The position numbers and the translations under genes are program-made. Positions 22,001-33,182 of a DNA stretch of 64,000 nt are shown in pieces; positions within the stretch are counted from its first letter, which is position 1, and each line of letters begins with the position of its first letter. The notes under the pieces were generated by a model that saw only the letters and a program-made list of their open reading frames with translations, did not search any database and was not told the origin of the DNA. The stretch spans positions 1,302,001 through 1,366,000 of the forward strand of contig NW_027117348.1 of NCBI RefSeq assembly GCF_038025025.1, in the 5' to 3' direction. This DNA is from Phyllosticta citribraziliensis (taxonomy: Eukaryota).

Positions 22001-24558
22001 GTTTGACTGAAGAACGCGGCATTGCACGCGCTCCTGGCTGGGCTTGCTGCATCCATCAGGAGTCCTGGACTCTGGCAGGACTCAGTCGAGCCCGCCAGGA
22101 TGACACCGACTCCTCGGCCAATGTTGCGGACTACGGGTCGGCACCAGCGCCCAGTGACAGTTTCGGTGACTACTGTGCGGATTTCAGCGTACCCGCCTGG
22201 TGCACCGTCGCCATGGGCGTCTGGCTGGAGCTCAGCGACGAGCGTGCCGAAGTGCGTTGCGTGGTCTGGTAAGCCTCTCACTCTGGTTTGGTGTTCCCTG
22301 ACCAACCTTTCAGCAGCTCCCAGAGATCCAAATGTCCTCTTGGCGCTCCCTCCGCACAGCTTGACGACGACAACCGTTCGCGTTTGTGGGTGGTGCTCTC
22401 ATAACCCATTCTTCGCGATCAAGCATGTCGTTGTCACTCCTCAGCAGCCAGAAAGCACCGCGCTGCTGCATCCAGAACCGCAGCGGTCGCGCCGGCGTCC
22501 AATGTTCACGAGACCGACGTCCGGGAATGTTGACGTGCCCCCAGCACGTCCAGCTGGACGACTTTGTCCGCCGCTTGCTCGATCGGGAGAGCTCCCACAC
22601 CAAACGCCGGGTGCTCAGCTCCTGCTACATAGAATGCTCTTTTACCAGCCTGAGGGTCAGCTTTCACAGACCATTGCCAACGATGCCGAAATTACCCAGC
22701 TTGCAGCAAAAGAGTTGGTGGCGGCAGACCACCAGCCGCGAGACTCCTCCCCACCATCCTCACCACCGCGGAGAAGGGGACTCCACAGGCGAACCCAAAC
22801 GCCTAGATCCAACTCCAAGAATAATCTCGCTGCGGCTGCTCTCTTGGGTGAATGGCAGATTCTACCACGTCATGGTCGGCTCGGACTGGGACGGCGCTTC
22901 GAGTGGTTCGCTCATCTGCCGCTATTACTATCTATTGCCTGCCGTGGGCACCTGTCAAACTCCTGTTCGATTCCCCAGCCTCCTTCCCTTTGACGAACAA
23001 CGCTTGCCTGGATTCTCGCTGCAGCTTGGCCTTTGGCGTGAGTGGTTGAGGATTCGCTTCGCCGCGACTTCTCCGGCTCGCAGGACAGGTCTCGCATGGT
23101 CGTCGAACGCACTCTGGCACAACTATCGAGTAGCTTCGAGATGAATCGCTTCACGGAATCCTACTCCAGCACGGCAAGACCGAGCTGTCCAAGCCTTGGT
23201 CACTCCCTTCGTCACCAAGGAAGGACCTTCTCAACGACGTCACGGCAAGCGCGGCATATTCCGTCCTCACGACCATGCACTGGAGTTTCCCGAGCCAACG
23301 AGCAAACGTCATCACTCGAGCACTTCTCGCGGGTCCTCCTTTCTCATTCAACCACTGATAACCTCCCCAGTATATACACCATTATGTAAGTCGCATGCCC
23401 TCAGTCTTTTGCACGGCAATGTAGACACTGATTTGTTCAAGATATATATCAGATGTGGGCCGATCTGACGCTGTTCGAGCTCCTCATGCACAGCTCATCG
23501 GGTCGAGCGAGCAGTGGGTCGTTCGGAGCAGGGGTGGTGATTCGGTAACGCAGTTCTTGCCGTGTGGTACTGTTGAAGTCCTACACCCAGTGCTACGGCC
23601 GAGCGAACGTGATGCTCCATCGCCCATTCTCGTGGAGTTGCGCAGCAGTTGCTCCGGTTCATGAAGTCGGTGTGGTTTCCCCGAGAGCGTTCGACTACGG
23701 CACTTCTCCGTGGATGATACCACTCAGGCTGGCTACCAACGACGAGGCCGCAGCGCCATCCCCGCTGCTGCTGCCAGCATGGGCAGACGCCATCTTCACC
23801 GACGCTTTCCGCGCCAAGTATGCTCGAGACGACGGTGACGGCGCAGACGACGTGGTTGATTTGGCGACTGGGGATTTGGTACAAGACCACGGTTATCTTC
23901 AATTTTCCCGTCGATGCCGACGAATTTGTGGACCAAGTGTCAAGCCAAAGGACGTCATTGCTTTTGGCCGTGGCAGGTGCAATCACGATCCACAAGGCAC
24001 ATGGCGCCTCGGTTGACCCCTCGCCACTAACAAATTCGAAGTGACTGGTGGAGACTCGCCTGATCAGTCGTCTGTGTCTTTCAGAAGACAAAATGTTTAC
24101 CCATCCACACTCTCCTCGTTTAGTCGCAATGCCAGCAGATCCCATGAAATTCTACTGTTGTGGCGCTCCTGGAAGCAGACACAGCACCATCTCTGCGTCG
24201 ATTCAGCCACCTCCTGGGTTCACGCATACACCAAAGCTATCAAGTGGCGCTGCTCTTGTGCACCAGATCGGCAACCACCCTCCCTACATCTTCCTTTCCC
24301 TCATCATCAGTATATATACGGCACTAGTTGCCATCTTGCGAGCAACTGCTGCAACTCTTGCGCGACTGTAGCCAGACGCCCGAGTCCATTTCCGACGACG
24401 AAGAGCCGGAGCCTCTGGTCACAGTCACAACGACACAGACCACTTTCAGGGGAAGCAAGGGGACCATGGGCTACTTCTTGCAAGCGAAGCGGCCCCGAGG
24501 TTGACCAGCCCAGGTAGCAGGATGTTGGGACATGGTTTGGGACACGGTGTTCCCCATC

Positions 24559-25720
24559 GATGAAGAACCTTCACGAAGGGACCAGTGACCATGACACAGT
24601 CCAGGCTACTCTTGCCATCGGAAGACTTGCTCAGGCCCACCAGCATTGCATCACCTTCACATCCGAACTCCGCAAACTGGATCCGGATGCCGCCAGCCTG
24701 TAGGTCGCTCGACACCGAGACACTCACGATGAACTTCGACCATACTCACAAGTTCGTCCACAGAGCCAACTCGCTGATGTCCACCTTCGCACGCCACAAC
24801 ATCACCGTCCGTGAGCTCAGGTACGCGGTGATCTCGCTGGACATGCTAGCTTTTGACACTTTCGGGCAAGTCCTGATTCGGGATACCTACGAGCGCGAGC
24901 TGAACTACGTTGGAATTGATCAACAACGCTACGACTATGATGGACCCGGACGCTGATCTTATCTACACGCACGAGGTCAACGACATGCGCAAGCGCATCC
25001 GCGCCCACGAGTTCATCCAAACCCACGCGTTCCTCCAACACGCCAGCACCACTATGTCCATTCTCGCAGACTCCAACATCTCAGTCGGCGAGCTGATGGA
25101 CACAGTGGCCCCGCTCGAAATCCTAGCGTTGGATGCGCACATCGAAATCCACAAACGGTTGAAAAACATCCAGTACATGATCAACATGATACACCGCCAA
25201 TCCCTCACACCAAATCTCGTAGTCAAGATTTAAAAAACTGCTCAAGCTGGTGCTGAAGCCAAAGTTCGGTTTCACAGACCCCTTTTTCACCCTGTCTTCG
25301 TGCATCATCACGTCGAAGAGACTCGGGCGCAACCAGACCGTTGAAAGCCTTCTATGATCCCTGCTGGCTTCGCCGATCCTTATCCCAGCGCTGAAGACAA
25401 CAGTATATACTCAAGCCTCTTTGGACGCGTCATCCGCTGGGTTCCTTGCGGCGGAAAATGTCCCGTACTATCCACGCAGACTCCTCAATGCTCTGGCCTT
25501 TGTGATCGATCCATATGTTCCGCTGCCCCTCGAAACCCTTTGCTGGTTTCTGTCCAGATTCACCAACTGCATGTACCTCTTCATTGACATGTCCCTGAAG
25601 TTGATGCACTGGGTGTTGCGTCTGGCGAAAGAGCTCAACGCCAGATTCGATATCTTCCCGACACTGAGCGGGTCCCCACCGTACTGGACCAGCCAGCGCC
25701 GAAACCCGAGAGATGACGAG
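24559..25720 (+). pseudogene. Degenerate gene with an internal ~41-codon tandem duplication, in-frame stops and frameshifts
   Basis: Two ungapped paralogous segments, 24735-24857 and 25012-25134, lie in different frames. TAG at 24701-24703. Protein-like frame continues through a further stop into ORF 25421. Boundaries approximate. Confidence 0.55.
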
Positions 25721-27553
25721 GCAACGGGCACTCGGCTTGCTCTGTTCCTTCTCTACAGCCGAGCACCACTGGTAGTCCTTTGCCCGGTTCTCCTCCGACT
25801 GCCAATAGTGCCAATCCTTCAACTATATACTATACGACTTTCTCCACAACCAACCGTCTCCGACATGGGCCCGAAAACCGTTCCTGTCACACCCGGACCG
25901 AACCAAGAGGTAAGTCTCGATAAACCGACGCCCTGTGTAACAAGATCTTACTGACGTGACTTCGGTTTGGAATTGCCAGTGTCGTCTCCGGAGCAAATCG
26001 CACAGCTGGCGCAGCTCATGCAGCGCTGCACTGGAACTTAGGAAACAAACTCTCGATATCCACACCTCGTATATATATCTTTGATCGCCGCCGCGCTTTC
26101 TCGACGGCACTGCATTTCGACTCTCTCGCAAGAAGAGAGATACATCGCCCCAGGTCAAGCAACAGTCTACCCGCTGTCCCCAGTCCTTCCAGCCCACATC
26201 AGAGAGGCAGGAAAGGACGCTGATGGCTGGGATTCTGGAAAGGCCAAGACCGATCCTACTTGAGGTGGAAGTATGCACTGGCACGAATTGTCAGGACTCC
26301 GATCTACAGTTTGACGATTGCTGCCCGGGGAGGCGGGGAAATGGCCAAGACTCTGACAGAGATGATGACATGGCAGAAAAACACAGCAGAAGGACATTGG
26401 CAGAAGAAAGTTGGCAAAATCACAGACAGACAACCAATCAATCAATCAATCATTCAAACCATGCACATTTTCCCACCACATTTCCAACACGTCCACCTTG
26501 CACGCCAACCGTCAGACAAACCACCCTACCTACCCCCGCAAATCCCAACTGAATTTTGACTAGTGGCGAGGTCATTGGCAACACTCCGTCATTTTTAGGT
26601 AGACGGGATGATGAGTCCAGGTGCTTGCGTCGTTCAAAGACGGACGAACTGCCGCCAATCACCCGATTGGGGGCACCAGTCAGGCAGTAAGTACCTACCG
26701 TATGGATTATTTGAGCACCTCGACCATACACGACATTCACGACTCGCATTTATCCACTACAGTACGAATTCAGGATGATCAAGAACAAGCGAGCGTTCAA
26801 TTTCACTTGCCTCGCCGCCTCCCAGGCGCAGCTCTACCACACGCATACACACACGTACAAGGAACGCTGCCATTCTAGCAGCGACCATCAGGGACAATAG
26901 CGCCGAGACAAGTACGGACTGGCTGGCTGGCTGGCTGGCTACCTGATTGGGGACAGCTACTAGCCCGAATACTCAGTCGCAGTCTAGTCCAGTCCATTAT
27001 ACAAAGACCCAAAAGACAGAATGTCCAATAACAAACGACAAAGCCGACGCCGCCGCCGACGACGACGATGACGACGACCAAGTGCGCAAACAGTAGACAA
27101 CGGGCAAGGAAGGGACACAATGTCGAATCGAGATGCCGAAAAAGACGGAAAGACAAAGAAAGCGGGAAAGACAACGAGAAAGGGACAAACTAATCCAATT
27201 GCCGCGCCGCGACACAGCCTTCGTGTGTCGCAGCGCATCCAACCCATGTCACCACCCGCCTAGATAGTATTGCGCCGCAACGCCCCGTGGAATACCGCAT
27301 ACCGAATAGCAATCAATCTGAGTGACCGAGACCTCCCCATAATGAAACTGAGATGATCGAACAGTGGAGAAGGGGCAAGAGAGAGGGTAAGGAAAGAAAG
27401 ATGGTGCGTCTTGAGGAACAAAGCATAGCGGCTGGTAGCACCTGGAGAATTGCGGGAAAAGAGCCCGACAGCAGGCAAGCAAACGAAAGTAGAGCACAAG
27501 TTTGCTTCCTCGAGTGGGATTTCCCCGGGCCAAAACTGGAGAATTGAGACACT

Positions 27554-30418
27554 TTACGTCTCGCGCTCACCCATCTCCACCTCTGCCGCAATCTTGTCGT
27601 ACCACGAGCCATGGGCGCTGCGATCCACCTCTCCAATGCGGACGAGCAAGTCGACCAGCTCGCCGACCTGGCTGACAAACTCGGGCAGACCACACGTGGC
27701 CAACCCGTCGCTGGCGCCCGTGGCGGCACGCACACGCTCGCCAGACGTGCTCGCCGAAATGCGGCCCAGGACGTGGTTCTTGAGTCGGCCAAACAGGACC
27801 TTCATGACGGGATCTGTGAGGCGGCCGCCGGCGGCCTGGTGCAGGAGGCGGGTGACGGTGGCAAGGAGCTGGGCACGCGTGGCTGGGGGCATGACGTGGG
27901 CAGATTCGAGCAGCGTCAGCACCTTGTTGGGTATGGAGCCGTCGTCCTTTTCGTAGCCGTTGTCGCGCAGCAGCGTCCACATGCGTGTCGCTTCGGGCCT
28001 CCATTGCGAACGCACGTCGCGGCGGAGCAGGTTCTTGGTCGTGAGGAGAATGGACCCGATGGCCGTGATGCGTACTGCATCGTCGCGGATGCGTGCCAGA
28101 CGAGCTTGGTCGAGGTGGAGAGTCTCGGGGACTTCTTGCTCCTGGAGGGGAGGCGTGGCGATGGCGAGGTCGACGAGAGCGCGGGCGTAAATCTTTTGTG
28201 CTGTTGGTGCCGCCCCGTAGATGGGATCGCGGCGGTCCGTCTCCGTAAGACAGGCGACGCTTGCGCTCCTAAACCATCGTCGCGTCTTGGTCAGAGTAAT
28301 GGTGTGAGAGAGCAGGTCCTGCTCAAACATGCGCTGCTCGTAGCCAGGCGCTTCCTTGATCAGGGTTGGCGCCATTTGCTGGAGCAGGTAGTTTTGGTAG
28401 TCGAGCGCAAGCAGGTCAATGACGTGAAGCAGCTTGAACAGCTTGCCAATCATTTGGTCCAGATCCCCGGTTTGCTCCAGCTCTTCGGCAAGGGCCTTGA
28501 CTTGCACGTCTCGGAATGGTGCGCAGAGTTTGGGCAAAATGGTGGCCATGAAGGAATAAAACTTCTCGTACGAAAAGACGCCCTGCGAGGCTTGCTGCTG
28601 CACGAAGTCCGGGTCCAGTGCGTCGGAGATGAGCTTGTACATCGAGTTGCCCGGCTTGAGCAGCCGCAGAATCTTGCCGCGGATATTATCAGCCATGGCC
28701 GTCGTCCACGGCGCTCCCTCGCCACGCTCAAAGCCGCGCTTCATGCTGTCGCAAATCTCGCGGTTGAGCGCGTCTCGCAGCTCCGACGGCTGCTGCTCAT
28801 CAATGCGGAACTCCTTGTCAATCGCCAGCTCGTGCACCAGCACGCGGTTAGGCGGCATTGGCGAAAAGAGCTTGGCCAGGGCATCCGACTGAGAATCTTC
28901 ACTGCTAGCCCCATTGTCAAAGGGCAGGTTTTCGTGGAGAACGTGCGAAGAGACTTCGCTCTCTTCGTGGCTGCTAGACGCTTCCGAGGATTCACTTGCG
29001 GCAGCTCTGGGTCTGACATCACCAACGGGGCGTCTCCGGCGATCTCGAACCCTCGCGCGCCTGCTTTCGTGAATGGCTTTTTTGATGAGGGTGTTTGCCC
29101 TGTCGGGCCCAGCAAGCTTGCGAATCTTGCTGAGCAAAATGACTTGGTTCTCGCGGATTCCTTCCCGGTAGTCGTTGGCAACTTCTCCGCGAGTTTCGTC
29201 TTTGACGCTCTGCCATATCGCGTCGAGATTGACAAATGACGCAACCATCATTTCAATCAGGGTGCGCGAGTCTTGAGATTTCCAGTCTGCAAAGGCCGTG
29301 ACGAATGCTCCGTGAGCGAGTGATACGGTTTCCACCAGTGTCGGCGGGGGTGTGTAGCGGTTCGACATGCAGAGCTTCGAGAGAGCAGATTCGAACGAGA
29401 TGATCAAGTCTGTGGCTTTTTTGATTAGGTCCTGCTCCAGGTCGCCGTCTTTGCTGCTGAGCACTTCGGCAGGATGACCAAGAATCAAGTAGGCGCTGAG
29501 AAAGGTTCTGACGGAAGCCGGGTCCTCGCCAATTGGGCCACTGGGCCCTTGTAGGCCAAAAAAGTCGAGCACCTTGGCCGCTGCTGACAAAACCTTTTCC
29601 TCGGAAAGGAGAGAGGATATGTCTTCAAAGCTTGCGTCGTGCACCTTGTCAATCGACAGCCCAAGCTCGAGAAGAACCTCCACCATGTGTCGCCTGCGCC
29701 TGGTGCGCCAAGTCCTCTGGATGCGCCTGGCGGCCGTGTCGTCGTCCATTGTAGATCGCGCGTCAGGGGGCGCCTTTTTAAGGTCGCTCGAGGGCACGCT
29801 GGCCCCACGCGGCCGTCGCTGATTGCGCTTGTACTCCTGACGCCTACGCTCCGCTTCTGCCAGCTTCTCTTGCATTTCTAAGCGATACCGCTTCTCCTCG
29901 GCGGCCTTGCGTTCCTTCATGTCTTCGGCGACCTTTTTGGCGCGACGCACCTCTTCGGCGCACGCAGCAGCGACCTGGGCCAGGTGCTTTTCCCGGGCCT
30001 GCTGGGCAGCCAAGGCCTTTTCCTCGCTGTGGGACGAGCGCGGAGAGGCTTTGGCTAGGGCGGCTCGTAGGCGGACCTGTTCGGCATGGGCAGCGCGGTC
30101 TGCCAGCCTCGCCTTGCGGCTTTCGAGTATGGATGCGCGACGCAGGTGTTGGGCGACATGGTTGCTTTGGCTGCCGCCGCGCAGGGACAGGCTGCTCTGG
30201 TGCGAGTGGGTCGAGGAGAGAGAGTTGCGACGCGACGATGCGGCGGAGGATTTGCGGCGATTGTTTGCGGGGCGGGAGAATCGAGCGGCGATGTGAGGAG
30301 GCGGCGGCGGGGGCGATACGACGTCGTCTTCGGACGTGTTCATGGTGTCTGAAATGGCGTCGCCGGTGTGCAAGTCGGCCAGCTGGTCGGCAGCCTCGTC
30401 GGCGACGGGCTGGGGCAT
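27554..30418 (-). CDS. Tcp11 (T-complex protein 11 / Sok1-family) domain protein with IQ motif
   Basis: Single long ORF: coiled-coil N-terminus, IQ-like AARRIQRTWR, RTFLSAYLILGHP, LVHELAID, LPKLCAPFRD, EVPETLHLDQARL. ATG in CCGCCATG context at 30418. Confidence 0.85.
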   Translation of the reverse strand: MPQPVADEAADQLADLHTGDAISDTMNTSEDDVVSPPPPPPHIAARFSRPANNRRKSSAASSRRNSLSSTHSHQSSLSLRGGSQSNHVAQHLRRASILESRKARLADRAAHAEQVRLRAALAKASPRSSHSEEKALAAQQAREKHLAQVAAACAEEVRRAKKVAEDMKERKAAEEKRYRLEMQEKLAEAERRRQEYKRNQRRPRGASVPSSDLKKAPPDARSTMDDDTAARRIQRTWRTRRRRHMVEVLLELGLSIDKVHDASFEDISSLLSEEKVLSAAAKVLDFFGLQGPSGPIGEDPASVRTFLSAYLILGHPAEVLSSKDGDLEQDLIKKATDLIISFESALSKLCMSNRYTPPPTLVETVSLAHGAFVTAFADWKSQDSRTLIEMMVASFVNLDAIWQSVKDETRGEVANDYREGIRENQVILLSKIRKLAGPDRANTLIKKAIHESRRARVRDRRRRPVGDVRPRAAASESSEASSSHEESEVSSHVLHENLPFDNGASSEDSQSDALAKLFSPMPPNRVLVHELAIDKEFRIDEQQPSELRDALNREICDSMKRGFERGEGAPWTTAMADNIRGKILRLLKPGNSMYKLISDALDPDFVQQQASQGVFSYEKFYSFMATILPKLCAPFRDVQVKALAEELEQTGDLDQMIGKLFKLLHVIDLLALDYQNYLLQQMAPTLIKEAPGYEQRMFEQDLLSHTITLTKTRRWFRSASVACLTETDRRDPIYGAAPTAQKIYARALVDLAIATPPLQEQEVPETLHLDQARLARIRDDAVRITAIGSILLTTKNLLRRDVRSQWRPEATRMWTLLRDNGYEKDDGSIPNKVLTLLESAHVMPPATRAQLLATVTRLLHQAAGGRLTDPVMKVLFGRLKNHVLGRISASTSGERVRAATGASDGLATCGLPEFVSQVGELVDLLVRIGEVDRSAHGSWYDKIAAEVEMGERET

Positions 30419-32689
30419 GGCGGAGTGAAGTTGGTGGGAGTTGTTGAGCGGGAAGGGTCGCTCAACCTTGGGGGGCGGGGCCAAGCGTCACAAAGGAAAA
30501 GAGTCAAAGAGCGACTTTGTAGCAATGATATGGACAAGTGAAGTCTTGCCGCAGTGAATGAAGCAAGGCGGGTATCAAATGTCAGATTGCATGTTTCCAG
30601 GCGGTGGCTGGGCTGTCATGACGGACCACCGAGGGGCAGGCGCATGGAAGCCCACCAGCACCAGCACCAGCGCCAGCGGCCCTGCTGATCAGCTATTTTG
30701 GATGCCCAGCGCTGCCTTCATTCATCCCTCTCCTGTCCTTGTCCACATCCATCTGACCTCTCAACCTGACCCGACCTGACCTGACCTGACGTCCAATGTC
30801 TCCAGGCTGGAGTCGCGGCGTGGACCATTCTTTTCCCCTCGCCAATCTCCTCGCCGTCGTCGTCTGTCAGCAAGCGCCACCTCAGTAATCCGCCATGATC
30901 TTCACCAAGCGCCGTCGACGTCCCCACCTTGCAGTGCCCAATGCTCCCTATCATCACGCGACGACCCAAATTCAACACCATCGTTTCCATCTCTGACGCA
31001 ATCGCCGCCTGAAAAATCACCTGGATACCAGGCTCGTGAGTCAGCCATGAAGCCATGTCTCATTCGTCGCCGACGTTTGCATCCTCCGCCATTGCGCATT
31101 TCAAATCACGGCCATCTCCACCTCTGCTTCTCACTCGAGTCTGTCCCAATTCAGCATGTCAGCATACGACCTGTCCAGCCATGAACCCGACTTGCAGAAA
31201 AGAACATGTCCTCTTAAGAGAGCAGACGTCATCTCACCCCAACCTCTGCAGCCACTTTGAGCCTCCGACCTCGCAACACGACCGCTGAAAAAGTCCCCTT
31301 GCTCTCAACAATCTCCCCTGGCTACATGGGAGGCGGATCCTCCTTCCTTTTTCACGTCCCAGTCCGCAAAACCTTCCCTGCCTCCAGGCCGTCGTTGGTC
31401 CAGAACTGTGGTCCTCAGTTCCGCCCGGCAAGCGAGTTGTCGAGTCCGAGTATCGCGGCACAAGCAGCCCTGGTGTCCCGCATTAGCTACACCAGTTGTG
31501 GTCGCATCCGCGGCTACTCCAGGTTTTCGATCCTCCTCAACCGTCGGCACGGCAAGACAGGGGACGCGTTTCCCTTGTGCGCAGGGATTTGAAAACATCC
31601 TTGGTATGCAGATTGACCAAGATTCAATCTAGACCACGGCGGAATCGTCGGTCGTTTGCCCACCTGTCGAACACCTGCTGAGCTCGTGCACGGAATGCTC
31701 GTTTGTACCCGTTTTGGTAACCATCTTCCGGGGTTGGAAAGTGGTCGTCTGTTGCGCCAATCGAGCACCCGAGGCTGGGTAGCAAAAGTCGTGGCACGCG
31801 CAGCACGAAATAGGCGAGCGATGGGAGCATTTGTACGCTACTGAAAGGAAGCTATCGGTCGTCGTACGCAACGTCATGCAGTGGAGCGTGGTGGCTTGAG
31901 GACAACAGTGCGGCTTTTTCGACTTTGGTGTGCGAGGTAATGGGTAATCGCACGAGTGGAATCCATGTTGCGTTTGCCGTCGGTAAGTACAAGTACCATT
32001 TGCCGGACGTGATTTAGTACGGCCTAGAACTCCGAGTCCTCGACGAAAGAGCTTCGCTTCAGGTAAGGGGTCAGAAGACGGAACTTCCTGGCGCTGGGTG
32101 TCGTAGGTGCATAGGTCGGCGCAAAATGCGTAAGTGATAGGTAAGTGGTGTGTTGACTGCTACATCTCGATTCGTCCGTTGCACTCTTGCAGTAGTCGTC
32201 ATTTTCCTTCTTTTCGTCAAGTCAACTCGCATGCGTTTTCAGTGGCACCAAAAGGAGATCAGTGCAAGCTAGAGGCGGTATCAAGAGAGACTATGAGACA
32301 TCAAGAGCTGGGGAAGAAGTGCACCACGGACGATCAGGCTTCCTCTGTGCGCATACGACTCAATGCCTTTGGCCAGCATGGTACCAACTTCCCTTTTCTC
32401 ACCGCAAGGGTGGTCTTGCTGGGCAATTGCTCATTGATATATATTCCAGCGGGCTTGCACGCAGCCGCGGCGTCTAGTGGTCCACTCTTTCAAGCATTCC
32501 TCCTTGAAACTGCCAGACCTTGACCAAGAGACAGGCGAAAGCCGCATTCTTCCATCCCGTACTACGGACGACAGATGTCCAGTCCTCCAAGCCCCCCGAC
32601 TCAAGCAAATCACCATCCAACCGCGTCCCCATCACGGCACGCGCACCGCAAGCACTGCCATCCAATCACGGCGCGATCATAGTAATGTA

Positions 32690-32807
32690 TCCTTCAAGGT
32701 GCGCGGTGCAGGGGGCCCCGCCATCATGGTGTTCAGGCACGCCAGCGCGGCGCCGGCCAATCAGCAGCACACATTTGCAACGGCCTCGCGCGCGTCCTCC
32801 AAGGTGC
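32690..32807 (+). promoter_or_regulatory. Two putative zinc-responsive elements (Zap1/ZafA-type) upstream of the COG0523 gene
   Basis: TCCTTCAAGGTGC (32690-32702) and TCCTCCAAGGTGC (32795-32807) match the yeast ZRE ACCTTNAAGGT at 10/11 and 9/11 and contain the ZafA CAAGGT core. Confidence 0.65.
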
Positions 32808-33182
32808 TTTGGTGGTGACATCAGGCGTGGAGGACACGACGACACTGCCTCGCGGCATACGGCGAAGCGAGACGACGTGGACGGCGCGATTGGTCGGCGG
32901 CGCGGCGGCGCTGCGTTTGATGGGCGGCGACAAGTGGGCGGGTGGGCGCCGGGACGACGGGGGATGATGTGGTGCGTTGATCGCTGATTGATATCGGTGG
33001 AGGAGCAGACGGTCGTGAAGGAGATGGATGCTGGGTATATTAGTTTGGCGTGCTGCGGCTGAACTGAAGACTTGTCGCTTTTTGTATCTGCTTGCTGTGC
33101 TGCGATTCGACCTTCTTTTTCTAGCACTGCGTGCTGAGCTGCCTTTTTCCCCGTCACTTCTGCCGCTACACACGTCCAGACG

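Noticed and set aside
27611..29239. 542-aa plus-strand ORF and similar long antisense ORFs (e.g. 17493-18464, 46044-46847)
   Set aside because: Shadow ORFs opposite GC3-rich real genes, with no recognisable motifs.
31055..32987. Short ORFs between the Tcp11 and COG0523 genes
   Set aside because: No coding bias or recognisable domain; best explained as divergent promoter/UTR sequence.
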